Of a stretch of 64,000 nt of DNA, positions 10,761 through 22,392 are shown piece after piece. The translations under genes and the position numbers were made by a program. Numbering within the stretch: the stretch's first letter is position 1; every line of letters starts with the position of its first letter. The notes beneath the pieces were generated by a model. The model searched no databases and was not told where the DNA came from. It was given only the letters and a program-made list of their open reading frames with translations. The stretch is from Dipteris shenzhenensis. Taxonomy: Eukaryota. Location: assembly GCA_047967505.1 (NCBI GenBank), contig CM106538.1; one strand, 5' to 3'.

Positions 10761-13700
10761 TGTCATGATCTGTGATGTATTCCTTTCTCTATACCTTAGA
10801 CTTATGGATGGTTTTAATGAATGGACACTTGTGGAAGGGTATGCCCTTTCGACGGGACACTTCCTATGAGGCACAATCCTTCACAAGAGACATTCTATTG
10901 AAGAGACACTCCCATTGTAATGTACCCTCCATCAAGGGTCACACTCTTCACAAGGGGTACACACCTCTTCATGCACATACACTTTGGAGTACACACCTTT
11001 TCATGTGTGACTTTTCACTCTCTATATAAGAGAGGCCCAACTGTATGAATGACACACTACAGACATTCAAGCAATACAAATATTCCTTGTTCTCTGCTAC
11101 TTCAGTCTCTTTTTTGTTCCTTAGCACATTTCTAAATATAGTAAATCTAGGATGTCTTATAGTGGTATCAGAGCAAATTTCGCTCCTGCTTGTAGGAAAT
11201 GCCCCCCACCTTCTAGCGCCTATCTGATACATCTTTTTCCGCTAGAAGGATATCCACGCACGTTATGCATGGAAGAGATGGAGAGAACGAGCGTAAAATT
11301 TTTTAGTGCCAACCCCACCTAAACTCATCAGTGGCCTCTCCATCTTCCTTACATCACGAGTTGATGTGAATGGACACGACAAAAATCGTGTCTTTTGATG
11401 TGCTTGGGCTGTCCCAAAACCAAGGGACGCACCTTTTCCACCATCAGGCACACCTTTTGATGAAGAGTTTTTGACTCCTCACCCAAGGGACACACCCCAT
11501 CGTGGAAAAAAGGGACACATATTTTCGTGTGGGGACACCCCTCTTTAAAACAGGGTTACACCCCTTCATGAAAAGGTACACCTATTCCAAGGGTCACACC
11601 CCTTAGAATAGGCACACCCTTTGGCACCAAGCACCACCCTACAAAAGGGTACCTAGAGGGCCTAAAAAGCACAACCAGCCCTAAACCTAAGGCGCAACCC
11701 AAGATTACCCTTGCGTCCAAGTAACCTAACCTTTAATTTTTGGGAAAAGCAAGGCCTAGCAGTTATTGCAGCCTTCGCAAATCGGTTTTTGGTGTCTCGT
11801 AAGTCACGTCCTCTTCTCGAAAGTCACGCCTGCTGTTCCGTACAGTCTATCAGGCCGATTCTGCCCCTCCCTTGCTGTTTTCTGCTTGCCAGCCCACACC
11901 AAGCCCACACCAAGCCCACATCAAGCTTGCCGATCTCTGTTTGTAGGTTTTTGCTCAGCCTTTGGCGGCCTTTCATAGTCACGCCAATCATGCCCTCAGC
12001 CTTCTATCTGTTCGCTAGCCTCTGCTCAGCCATGGATGCGTTCCATCGCCCTGAAGAGTGACAGCCTGACGCCAATCTCTGCATAGCCTGCTAGATCTCT
12101 TCACCTCGCCATCTCAGCCTGCGAACAGAGGCCTTGTTGTACAGCAAATTCCCTCAGCCAGCCCCTCTTGTACAAGAAAACATCGTCTCTATCAACAGAT
12201 CAAGCCCCAACTGGTTGATGGTGCTATGCTATTGTTGGCGACATATTTCTGCCCACAACCGGACTGTTTGGTTGCTGAATCGCCTCCCTCTACAGCAAAC
12301 CCTAATTTCAAAATTTGAAGCTTGACTATTGTCTTCTACCAACTTGACATCAGGACCTCCTTCAACTCGGAATTGATGCTGTACTTTTTCCAGCCCAAAG
12401 CCACCCCACTGCTGGTACACGCTTTTTAGCACAGTCTGGCAGATCTAATCTATTCCAAGTGGATTCTTTCCATTCTATTTTTAAGGATTCTCCTTCATAT
12501 TGTTATTTGCTGCTCATTATCAAATTACAGCAAATGAAAGCCCCCTCCTTAAAGCATGGAAACCTCTGGTAATGCCCCAGTCCCTTCAAGGACACCTCAG
12601 GCATCATCTTTCACACAATATCGTGTCCAGATTGCACAACCAGCCCATTTCGGAGCTTTTGCATCGTGGGTCTTCTGTGTCACGTGCCCTTCCAGTGATT
12701 TGGACCACATCCTATACCTTCTGCGTGAGGCACCTCAATTACATTACTTCCTTAGCGCAGTCCAGGTTGTGTTTCACGAGACACGTAGATACCTAGAACC
12801 CGATATTCCTCAGGAGTTTGCTGTCCATCTTTGGAGAGACTTTTACCCCTCAGCTTCAGCATCTCTAGGGTACTCTCCACCTCCTTCAGCTCCCAGATAT
12901 CCTCCTGCACAGGTTTTACCTTCCCCAAGACAGTATTTACACTCTGAAGGCACTCCTTCTCCTGGATATCCTCCACTCCCGACAGTAGCTCCTTATCCCT
13001 TCTCAGATCCGTGGACTTTGCAACCTACCTGTGTACTCTTACGAGCATTAACACCCACTGCGGCATCACTAGTGTTACCTCAGACAGGACCTCCTTTACC
13101 AGATTTCCACGGGTGGTTCCATCCTGCCTCGCCTGCCCCCTCCAACGCAGGTTTGTGCTTTTCTCACAGGGACCTCAGATATGTTGCAACGCTCACGGGC
13201 AGCCTCTCCGGCGATAAGCGACTCAAGTCCAAAAAAGACCCTTGAAGTCAACTTACAAGGCGAAGCACTACTTGAACTTCAAATTTCTCCGCTTTAGGAC
13301 AGCATCTCCGACTTGGTCCAGAAAGTCCAACAACTCCAGGATTCTCGCAGTATCACACATACAGAGGATGACGTGACACCACCAGATGACTATGTGGACT
13401 CGTTCCCACCAGAGATAGAAAACACTGAACTCCGTGCCCTCTACCGCTTACTCCAAGCTTCCAAAACTAAATAAACTTCCGAAAGCCTACATTGGTCAAC
13501 GAAATCGCCAAACAGTTGACCAATGGCTCGCAAAACTGCACATGTACTTTGATACTGTTGATCTCACTGAAGGAAAAAAGATTGCCTTGGCAGCCTCCCT
13601 CCTCAAGGATATAGCTTTCCTATAGTGGCAACGATACTTAAAGGACGGCAAAAGTGTGTTAACTTGGGAACGTTTTGAACACGTGCGCCATAAGCAGTTC

Positions 13701-16700
13701 ATACCTGCCAATGCGGACTTCCAAGCATGTTCAAAACTCTGACAGTTGGAGCAAACAGGCTCCCTATCTTCCTACATCTCTCAGTTCATCACGTTGGTGC
13801 TAGAGATTGATGGTTTAACTGATGATGATTGCCTTCATGCTTTCATCTCAAGCCTAAATCCCTCGTTACGCATTGATATCCTCAAAGCAAACATCACCAC
13901 CACAGCTAGCGCTATTGCTTACGCAGAGCGCATTACCGATTTCCAAAACTCAGGAAAGCAAAGTTCTAATAGAACACGAAACTCTACTATGGCCAAGGAT
14001 GCTCGCCCTCAAGCTAACCCCAAGTTCAAAAAAAACTCGGGTAATCAAGGTCAGCGACAGTTTCAAGATCCCCACAAGTCTTAGAAATCGTATGCTGGAT
14101 CCCAACAGAAGCACTCCTTCAAGGATCGCGCCTCTTCCTCTTCACAAGTCATGACCAACATCACCAACATAAAGGTGCGGCCACTGACAAGAAGAACAAC
14201 TCCAGCACAAAAGGGATTTGTACCATCTGTACAGGCGACCATAGATGGTTCGATTGTCCCAAGTGACCAAAGCGAAATTCCAATATGGAACCTAGCACTT
14301 CCCAAATAGAAGATGCTGCCCCAGCACAAGACAAGAAAGACAAAGCTGTTCGAATGGCAAATACCATCCACATGAGCCTTGCCAGCAACCCCGAACCTTC
14401 CCTAGCCACTCAAGTACTTTGTGTCCAAGGATCGATTCGTGGAACAACGGTCACTATCCTCATCGATAGTGGCTGCTCTCATAACTTCCTAGCTAGTTCT
14501 ATGGTCGAAAAACTTCGGTTGACCACCAGTCCTAGTCCCATGGACTATCAGATTGAACTCGCAAATGGAACTACCTTCTTGTGCAGCACCAGGATCAAAA
14601 ACTTGTCTTTTCGCATACAACATTATACGGACAAGTTGAACTTCGACATCATGTCTCTTTCTCAGTACGATGTCATACTCGGACAATAGTGGCTCTGCGA
14701 CTATGATCCATCAATCAGTTTTCGCAGCCATACTATCCAGTTTGTCCGCCAGGGAAAACTTATTGAGCTAACTGGTTCTAGGGACTCTCCTTCAACCCCA
14801 GTTGCCTTTGTCCTACAAGTAAAGAAGTGGGTTCGTAAATGTCAAGTAAAGACTTCACTTCTGTTGGTTATGGCAGTAGAGGAGACACCAACAAAGGATC
14901 CTCCTGAGTACCTCAACCAACCTTTTTTCCAGCCCTACCTGGATATTTTTCCATAGGAATTGCCAAAGCAGTTACCACCTCGACGACCAGTGGATCACCC
15001 AATCGAACTTATTCGAGGCAGTAATCCACCGTCGAAACCTCCTTATCGGGTTTCTTACACTCAAAATAAAGAAATCCAAAGACAGGTGACTGAACTACTC
15101 GACAAGGTCACATTTGGCCCAGTCGCAGCCCTTTCGGATCTCATGTACTACTTGTGGAAAAAAAGAATAAGTCAATGCGCCTCTGCATCGACTACCGAGC
15201 CCTCAACAAGCTCACTATAAAAAACAAGTATCCATTGCCTCGCATCGATGACCTCTTCGATCAACTTCTACACGCAACACAATTCTCAAAGATTGATCTT
15301 CGTTCAGGTTATCATCAAATTCGCATACGAGAAGGCGATGAGTACAAGACAGCTTTTCGAACAAAGTATGGACACTATGAATGTTTGGTCATGCCTTTTG
15401 GGTTAAACAATGCCCCGGCCACATTCATGACGCTAATGAACGACATTTTAAGGCCTTTCCTCAATAAGTTCGTCATCGTTTACCTCGATGACATCCTCGT
15501 TTTCAGCAGATCCCTACATGAGCACATATACCTAGATGAATCTAGGAACATTCCCAAACTCATCCTCTAAAAACACAACATAGTGCAGTTTCAATCTCAT
15601 GATAGTCACTCACAAGGTTGAAAACCATAAACTCCATCATGCATAGCAAGGACTAGCTACTATGACATCCCCACTGATGTCATCAGCGCCCAACAGTGGG
15701 TGTAGACCATAGTATAAATGTTCTCACACATATAAATCCACAAACCCACACATACTTGAGCATCCATTTATACAAAGTCTTCGTACTGAGTTTCTGTCGG
15801 CACTCCGGAGGTGAAGGGTAGACTCAGCCATGATGAAGGCTAGCACTAAAGGAGAAGGCTAATCAAAAGGTAGTCCAAAATCTCTTCATTCAAGCTACAA
15901 CTACTTGTGAAGTCTAAACATTTTCATTTTAGTCTCTCCCCAACGAGCATCTAAATCTAAATCTAGCTGATAGGGCAACACACCATTTAAGATAGAAAGA
16001 ATTATCACAATACCAGCAGGCCGCAACTTGGACGAAAACTTCACAAGGTGAAATTTGCATGTCCGCTAATACGGTAGAAGCATATACCTAGATGAATCCA
16101 GGAACATTCCCAAACTCATCCTCTAAAAACACAACATAGTGCAGTTTCAATCTCATGATAGTCACTCACAAGGTTGAAAACCATAAACTCCATCATGCAT
16201 AGCAAGGACTAGCTACTATGACATCCCCACTGATGTCATCAGCGCCCAAACAACAACATCTCCACCAAGTTTTTGAAGTTCTCCGCGCAAATTCTCTCTA
16301 CATCACCGTTGAGAAGAGTGAGTTCTTCAAGACCCAACTCGAATATTTGGGACATGTTATTTCAGCTCATGGCATCTCTGTGGATCCCAAGAAGGTCGAG
16401 GTAATCCGAAACTGGCCTACTCCTAAGAATGTTCATGATGTCCGCTCTTTTCTCGGATTGGCAAACTTCTACCATACAAAGGTCTATCAGTTTTCCGAGA
16501 TCGCTGCTCCTATGTCCGAATTATTGAAAAGCACAGCAGTTTTTCAGTGGCTTCTTGAAACAAAGCATAGTTTCCAACAACTCAAGCAAGCACTCACTAC
16601 CACACCAGTTATGGCTATTGCTGACCCAAACCTTCCATTTGAGGTCATGACTGACGCTTCTGACATCGCTACAGGAGCAGTCTTGATGCAAGAAGGTAGA

Positions 16701-18935
16701 GTTATTGCTTTTGACAGCCATAAACATTTCGATATCCAAACCTGATACCCGGTTTATGATAAGGAGTTTCTTGCCATTGTACATGCTTATCGCTCTTGGA
16801 AACATTATCTCATGGGAGCCGACTCGGTGGTCAAGACAGACCATCATTCTCTAAAGTATATCTTTACTTAGTCAGTCATGAACGCTCGACAAGCACGCTG
16901 GGTTGAGTTTCTAGCCAACTTTGACATGACCATTGAGTACATTCCAGGACTACGCAATGTAGTTGCAGATGCTCTCAGCAGGTTAACTCTAGCATCAGCT
17001 ATGGTAATCTCTACATTATCTGTGGATGTTCTGAATTCATTCAAAGGGAAGTATCTCAATGATAAAGACTTCGGCACAGTAGTACAAGTTCTTTCAAAAG
17101 ATCAACCTTCGACTTCCCAACATAAGATTTTCTCATCCTATTCTTATACGGACGACCTTTTGTATTATCAAGATCGCGTTTGTGTACCACATGACAAGGA
17201 TGTTCGACGTCTTTTGTTAAAAGAGCATCATGCAGTTCCTTATGCTGCCCATCCAGGCATCAACAAGACTTACAGGTTACTTAGTGCAACATACTACTGG
17301 CCTCAGATGAAAAGCGATGTCATCAAAATGGTTACATCTTGCTTATCTTGTCAACAAATGAAAGCAAGCCGACGACTTCCAGCAGGACTTCTTCAGCCTC
17401 TTCTAGTTCCAACTGAAAGGTGGGAAAGTATTTCCATGGATTTCATTACAACACTACCACGATCTTCCAGATGTAACACTCAGATTATGGTAATTGTTGA
17501 TCGATTGTCCAAAATGGCACACTTTGTTGCTTGCAAAAGAAGTGCCCAGGCTCCGGACATCGCCAAACTCTTCATACAACACATCTTTCGACACCATGGA
17601 TTGCCCAAGAATATCGTATCCGACAGAGATCCTAAGTTTACCAGTCACTTTTGGATTTCATTGTTCGAATCTTTGGGTACAACTCTATTGTTTAGTTCAG
17701 CCTACCACCCAGAATCAAATGGTCAGACTAAAAGAGTCAACCAAGTTCTGGAAGAAATGCTCCGCCATTATATTCAGTCACGCCTAGCAGCTTGGGAAGA
17801 GTATCTACCACTCCTTGAGTTTGCTTATAATAACTCTTTCCATAGTGCCATCAGCATGACTCCATTCCAAGCAGCTTATGGACACACTTTGATTGTACCA
17901 ACGAATTTTGTACTTCAACATCGAGTGGCCCTAGCTGATCAATTGGTTCAAGAAATGCAAGACATTCTACTCCAAGTCAGGGATCATATGTGAAAAGTGC
18001 AAGAGCAGTATCAACGGTCCATAGACATCACCTGGAATTTGAAACTGGTGACATGGTGCTATTATTTGTAGCCCAACATCGCTACAAGACGGTTAAGTCT
18101 GTGTTTCCTAAGTTGCGACTAAGATACTATGGACCTTTCCGGATCGTCAAGAAAAATTCACCTTTAAGTTACAAATTGGAATTACCACCATCATGGGGTA
18201 AAATCCACCTGACATGTCATATTTCTTGGCTAAAGACGTACATTCCGGGCGATGAAGCTCTTGCAAGTGATTATGTCCGAGAAATCAAAGACGATTATGT
18301 TCTCCTTATTCCTGAGCGTATTCTGGACCATCAACAGCGAGAGAATCGACATCGACTTATCATGGAATTCCTTGTTCTTTGGCGAGATCTGGACGACTCC
18401 GACGCTACTTGGCAATCTGATGAAGACTTACAGCAGTACCGTGACATTTTACAGCAGTATTTTCAGAATTTACCGTGATATTTTCTACATCAGCTGATTA
18501 TCTCCACCAGGGTCTTATTTTGAGTGGGAGGGGATGTCACGATCTGTGACGTATTCCTTTCTCTGTACCTTAGACTTATGGATGGTTTAATGAATGGACA
18601 CTTGTGGAAGGGTATGCCCTTTCGACGGGACACTTCCTATGAGGCACAACCCTTCACAAGAGACATTCTATTGAAGAGACACTCCCATTGTAATGTACCC
18701 TCTCATCAAGGGTCACACCCTTCACAAGGGGTACACACCTCTTCATGCACATATACTTTGGAGTACACACCTTTTCATGTGTGACTTTTCACTCTCTATA
18801 TAAGAGAGGCCCAACTGTATGAATGACACACCACAGACATTCAAGCAATACAAATATTCCTTGTTCTCTGCTATTTCAGTCTCTTTTCTGTTCCTTAGCA
18901 CATTTCTAAATATAGTAAATCTAGGATTTCTTACA
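10761..18935 (+). mobile_element. Ty3/Gypsy chromovirus-type LTR retrotransposon, structurally complete, coding decayed
   Basis: 401-bp LTRs 10761-11161 and 18535-18935 (about 10 substitutions and 2 indels by eye); TSD CTTAG/CTCAG; PBS TGGTATCAGAGC at 11163; PPT at 18522; gag ~13434, protease ILIDSG, RT YLDD, RNase H, integrase 16878-17993, chromodomain EFLVLW...ATW. Confidence 0.97.
15526..16250. repeat. 725-bp insertion in Gypsy RT bounded by 169-bp direct repeats
   Basis: 15525-15693 equals 16081-16249 with one mismatch; RT reads SLHEH|QQHL across the insertion; no TSD seen. Confidence 0.9.
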
Positions 18936-19203
18936 CTCAGCTTTCACAACAACCCATATAGGGATGATGAGAATGACCATGATTGCCACAATCTTCCTAC
19001 AGATACGCAATTCTGAACTATGATTACAACTAGCAAATAAGCTGCAAGAGCAACAACAATAACTGAGAACATGTTTGGCCACTACAGTTTCATTGCCTGC
19101 ATGAGCCGTATAACAAACATGAAAGTAAGGCATACGATAGGCAAAAGCCATGCTGTAAGGAAAGGAAAAGCTTCCAAGAGATACAAAATTGGTAAGTATC
19201 ATC

Positions 19204-20230
19204 CTATCTGTCCATCAACCACTCACGGTGTTGCCCATGGAGATGGATAAGACTCTCCAACCCTTCAGGGCACTCCGTGAAGACGGCATTCAGGAGGCTC
19301 TGAGGGTCAAGGAGATCATGAAACGAAGGGGAGATGATATACGTTCCCAACACAGCAGTCTGTAAAGACAGACTGAAGTGTTGGAGAGCAGCGCAGATGT
19401 CGCGCTCCAATTGGATTAATTTGTAGAGCAGTTTGCTGCTCCTTGTCAAAGACAAATGTTCGGGAGGTGGGTGCTGATAGTCTATGGCCTCTCGACACAA
19501 CACACTTCGCTTCACGTCTCTGACTGCGAAGTGTGTGAATCCCCTTGGGACGGGGACTCCTGTCGGGAGGGTGGCTCTTACAAACACATCGACCTCAGCT
19601 TCAGCTGGTCGTGTGCGTGCCACCACCTCCTTGTCCTTGAGCTTCCTACAACGGGAAGCCAAGGTCTCTTATGATGAATTTGCGAGGTACGGTATCTTCA
19701 TCGTTGGAGCACATGACAACCTGGGTATGTCTGCTCCACAAATAGGGTCAAGCTCGCGCGGCATGCCCTCTCCATGATGATTGACGTGTCTGTCTGAAGA
19801 CTTTTCGGAGTTTTGTTTACACTGCCTAATTCCTTCTCGACATTTTTGAGCCTTTCATTGACATTTTTGAGCCTTTCATTGACATTTTTGAGCTTTTCAT
19901 CGATGTCCTCTATCCTTGGCATCATCATGATGATGAGCTCCTTCGTAGTCTTCCCGGAACCTTTCCCTCTTATAACATGCTTCCATTCGTCCTCGCTGTT
20001 TCCAGAAGCACATCCAGTCTTTGCTTTTGCTTGGGCTGCAAATTGAGCGAGTTTTTTGATTGCCACTTTCCACTGTTGTTTGCTTGCTTCTGCTGCCTTA
20101 CCTTTCCTCCCCAACCGGAATTTATGGCTTGGGTTAAAGAAGAAAAGCTTCTCTGTTATGTCGCCAACCCTGAAGAGCCTCCAAACGCGGTTCCACGGAG
20201 TGCTGAAGTCGCGTGGTGGCCTGATATTTC
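19204..20230 (-). pseudogene. Decayed coiled-coil plus putative PD-(D/E)xK-fold nuclease gene, antisense in host intron 3
   Basis: ORFs 20114-19698 (heptads LKNVNER; frame stays open up to ~20230) and 19662-19204 (EAEVDVFV...FAVRDVKRS...KLIQLERD) are separated by a frameshifted stretch. Confidence 0.55.
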
Positions 20231-20639
20231 AGAGTTTGTTGGGTCGGCCTTTAGCAACATCGCAGCCCTCAACTGTTCGTGTTTAGCAGATGGCTCATCA
20301 ACCCACAGAAACTCATCAAATCAAAAGGAAGAGAAGGCATGCCTCTATTGTATTTGAATTTGGCATTGAACATGTATCCTATTGAGTTTGGGACCACCCC
20401 CCTCCAATCTCCAACCAATTAAGAATTCCTGTACCAAAAATCACCCCAAAGCAAAGTCTCTAATAATACAAATTGAGAAAACATATCCTGGAAACTCAGT
20501 CTGATGCTGCAAGTACTTTTTGAAGCACCTTTCCTATGGCATTCACAACAGTGATGTGTTTTTACTCGGTTCCTTCCATCACGTCCCAGACTCTTCCCAA
20601 GCCACCAGATGGCTCCAACTCGATACTTTCTAGATCATA

Positions 20640-21148
<509 letters not shown>

Positions 21149-21221
21149 TACATGCGCGCGAACGTACGCACACACGCACATATGTATGGATATGTCACGC
21201 GTATGCACACACCCCTATATA

Positions 21222-21263
<42 letters not shown>

Positions 21264-21354
21264 GAGTTTGCATGACCCACCTTCGGCGGATCTTGCAAAC
21301 TCTTACCACGGCCACTATGTGCATGTGTGTTACACATACATATGTGTATGCATG

Positions 21355-21695
21355 TGGTAGTCCAAGAGCTTGTGGCAATTCATGAGTCCGTAAAAGTCCA
21401 AGAGTTCAAGGGTGGTAATTCAAGACGTAATGATAGTCCAAGGTTGGCACGTGGGATAGTCCAAGAGCCCCTGGAAGTCTAAGAGTCCTAGGGTGGGAGT
21501 CCAAGAGCTTATGGTAGTCTAAGAGTCCAAGGATGGTAGTCCAAGAGCTTGTATGGTTCAAGGGTGACAGTCCGTGGTGGGCTCCAATGTTGGTAGTTCA
21601 GGAGCTTATGATAGTTCATGAGTAAAAGTCCAAGAGTCAAAGGGTGGTAATTTAAGGGGTACCGATGGTCCAAGAGTCCAAGGGTGGCACGTGGC
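21355..21695. repeat. Degenerate minisatellite built on GGTAGTCCAAGAG
   Basis: Many AGTCCAAG(AG) cores; a ~100-bp block at 21355-21452 recurs at ~21592-21693. Confidence 0.85.
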
Positions 21696-21705
21696 AACAT
21701 TTTCT

Positions 21706-21739
<34 letters not shown>

Positions 21740-21741
<2 letters not shown>

Positions 21742-22260
21742 GAGGGGTTGTTGCTATGATATTATCAATTTTTTCTGCCAAGCTCCCTTCATGCCAATCT
21801 TCAGGTAATCCTCCAATGCGTAGACATCGAGCATTAGCCGCCCTCTTTTCTTGTTCCTGCACCTCTCCATATACTTCAGTTTTGTTGATTTTGCTGTCCA
21901 TTGTTGCTGAGATTTCCTCTTTGATCGATTTGACCTCATTGGTAACCATGTCATGGACTTTGGTTACCAACTGTGGTGCAGGTTCTGCTTCCATGTGTAT
22001 TTGTAGTACTTCTTGTATGATGTCTTGTTTGCCATTGTTCTCCATCTCCTTCACTTTCCTCTCGAGAGCTGCAACCATAAGTCTAAGCTCCCTTACTTCC
22101 TGCTGTAGAAAATATATCTCCTATGGGTCTGAGCCAACCCTCCGCTTTCAATGCAATGTGTATGGGCTGGTGTTGCTGCGATGTCGGAGTAGGAGGGTTT
22201 TCTGATAGGGGTTGAAACCAAGGTCTTCACCTTTGCATGATGGCCTGTGAATAACTTGGA
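21740..22260 (-). mobile_element. LINE ORF1 fragment (coiled coil plus RRM start) bounded by (GA)n tracts
   Basis: VQEQEKRAANARCLRIGGLPEDW parallels LLEQQQRASKALNIRVRGIP in ORF1 of the LINE at ~48900; (GA)n at 21708-21739 and 22290-22326. Confidence 0.6.
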
Positions 22261-22286
22261 GCCCTCTTGCTGTCTCTAACACTCCA

Positions 22287-22330
<44 letters not shown>

Positions 22331-22392
22331 TAACATCTTTGAAAGATGGAGGGGTCTATGAGACTAAAAAATAATCTAGATACGATGAAAGC

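Noticed and set aside
15526-16250. TRIM interpretation of the A-B-A insertion
   Set aside because: The repeats lack TG...CA ends, and no TSD, clear PBS or PPT is present.
21355-21695. Repeat with variable spacing that might suggest CRISPR
   Set aside because: The units are degenerate and self-similar with no unique spacers, no cas genes, and a eukaryotic context.
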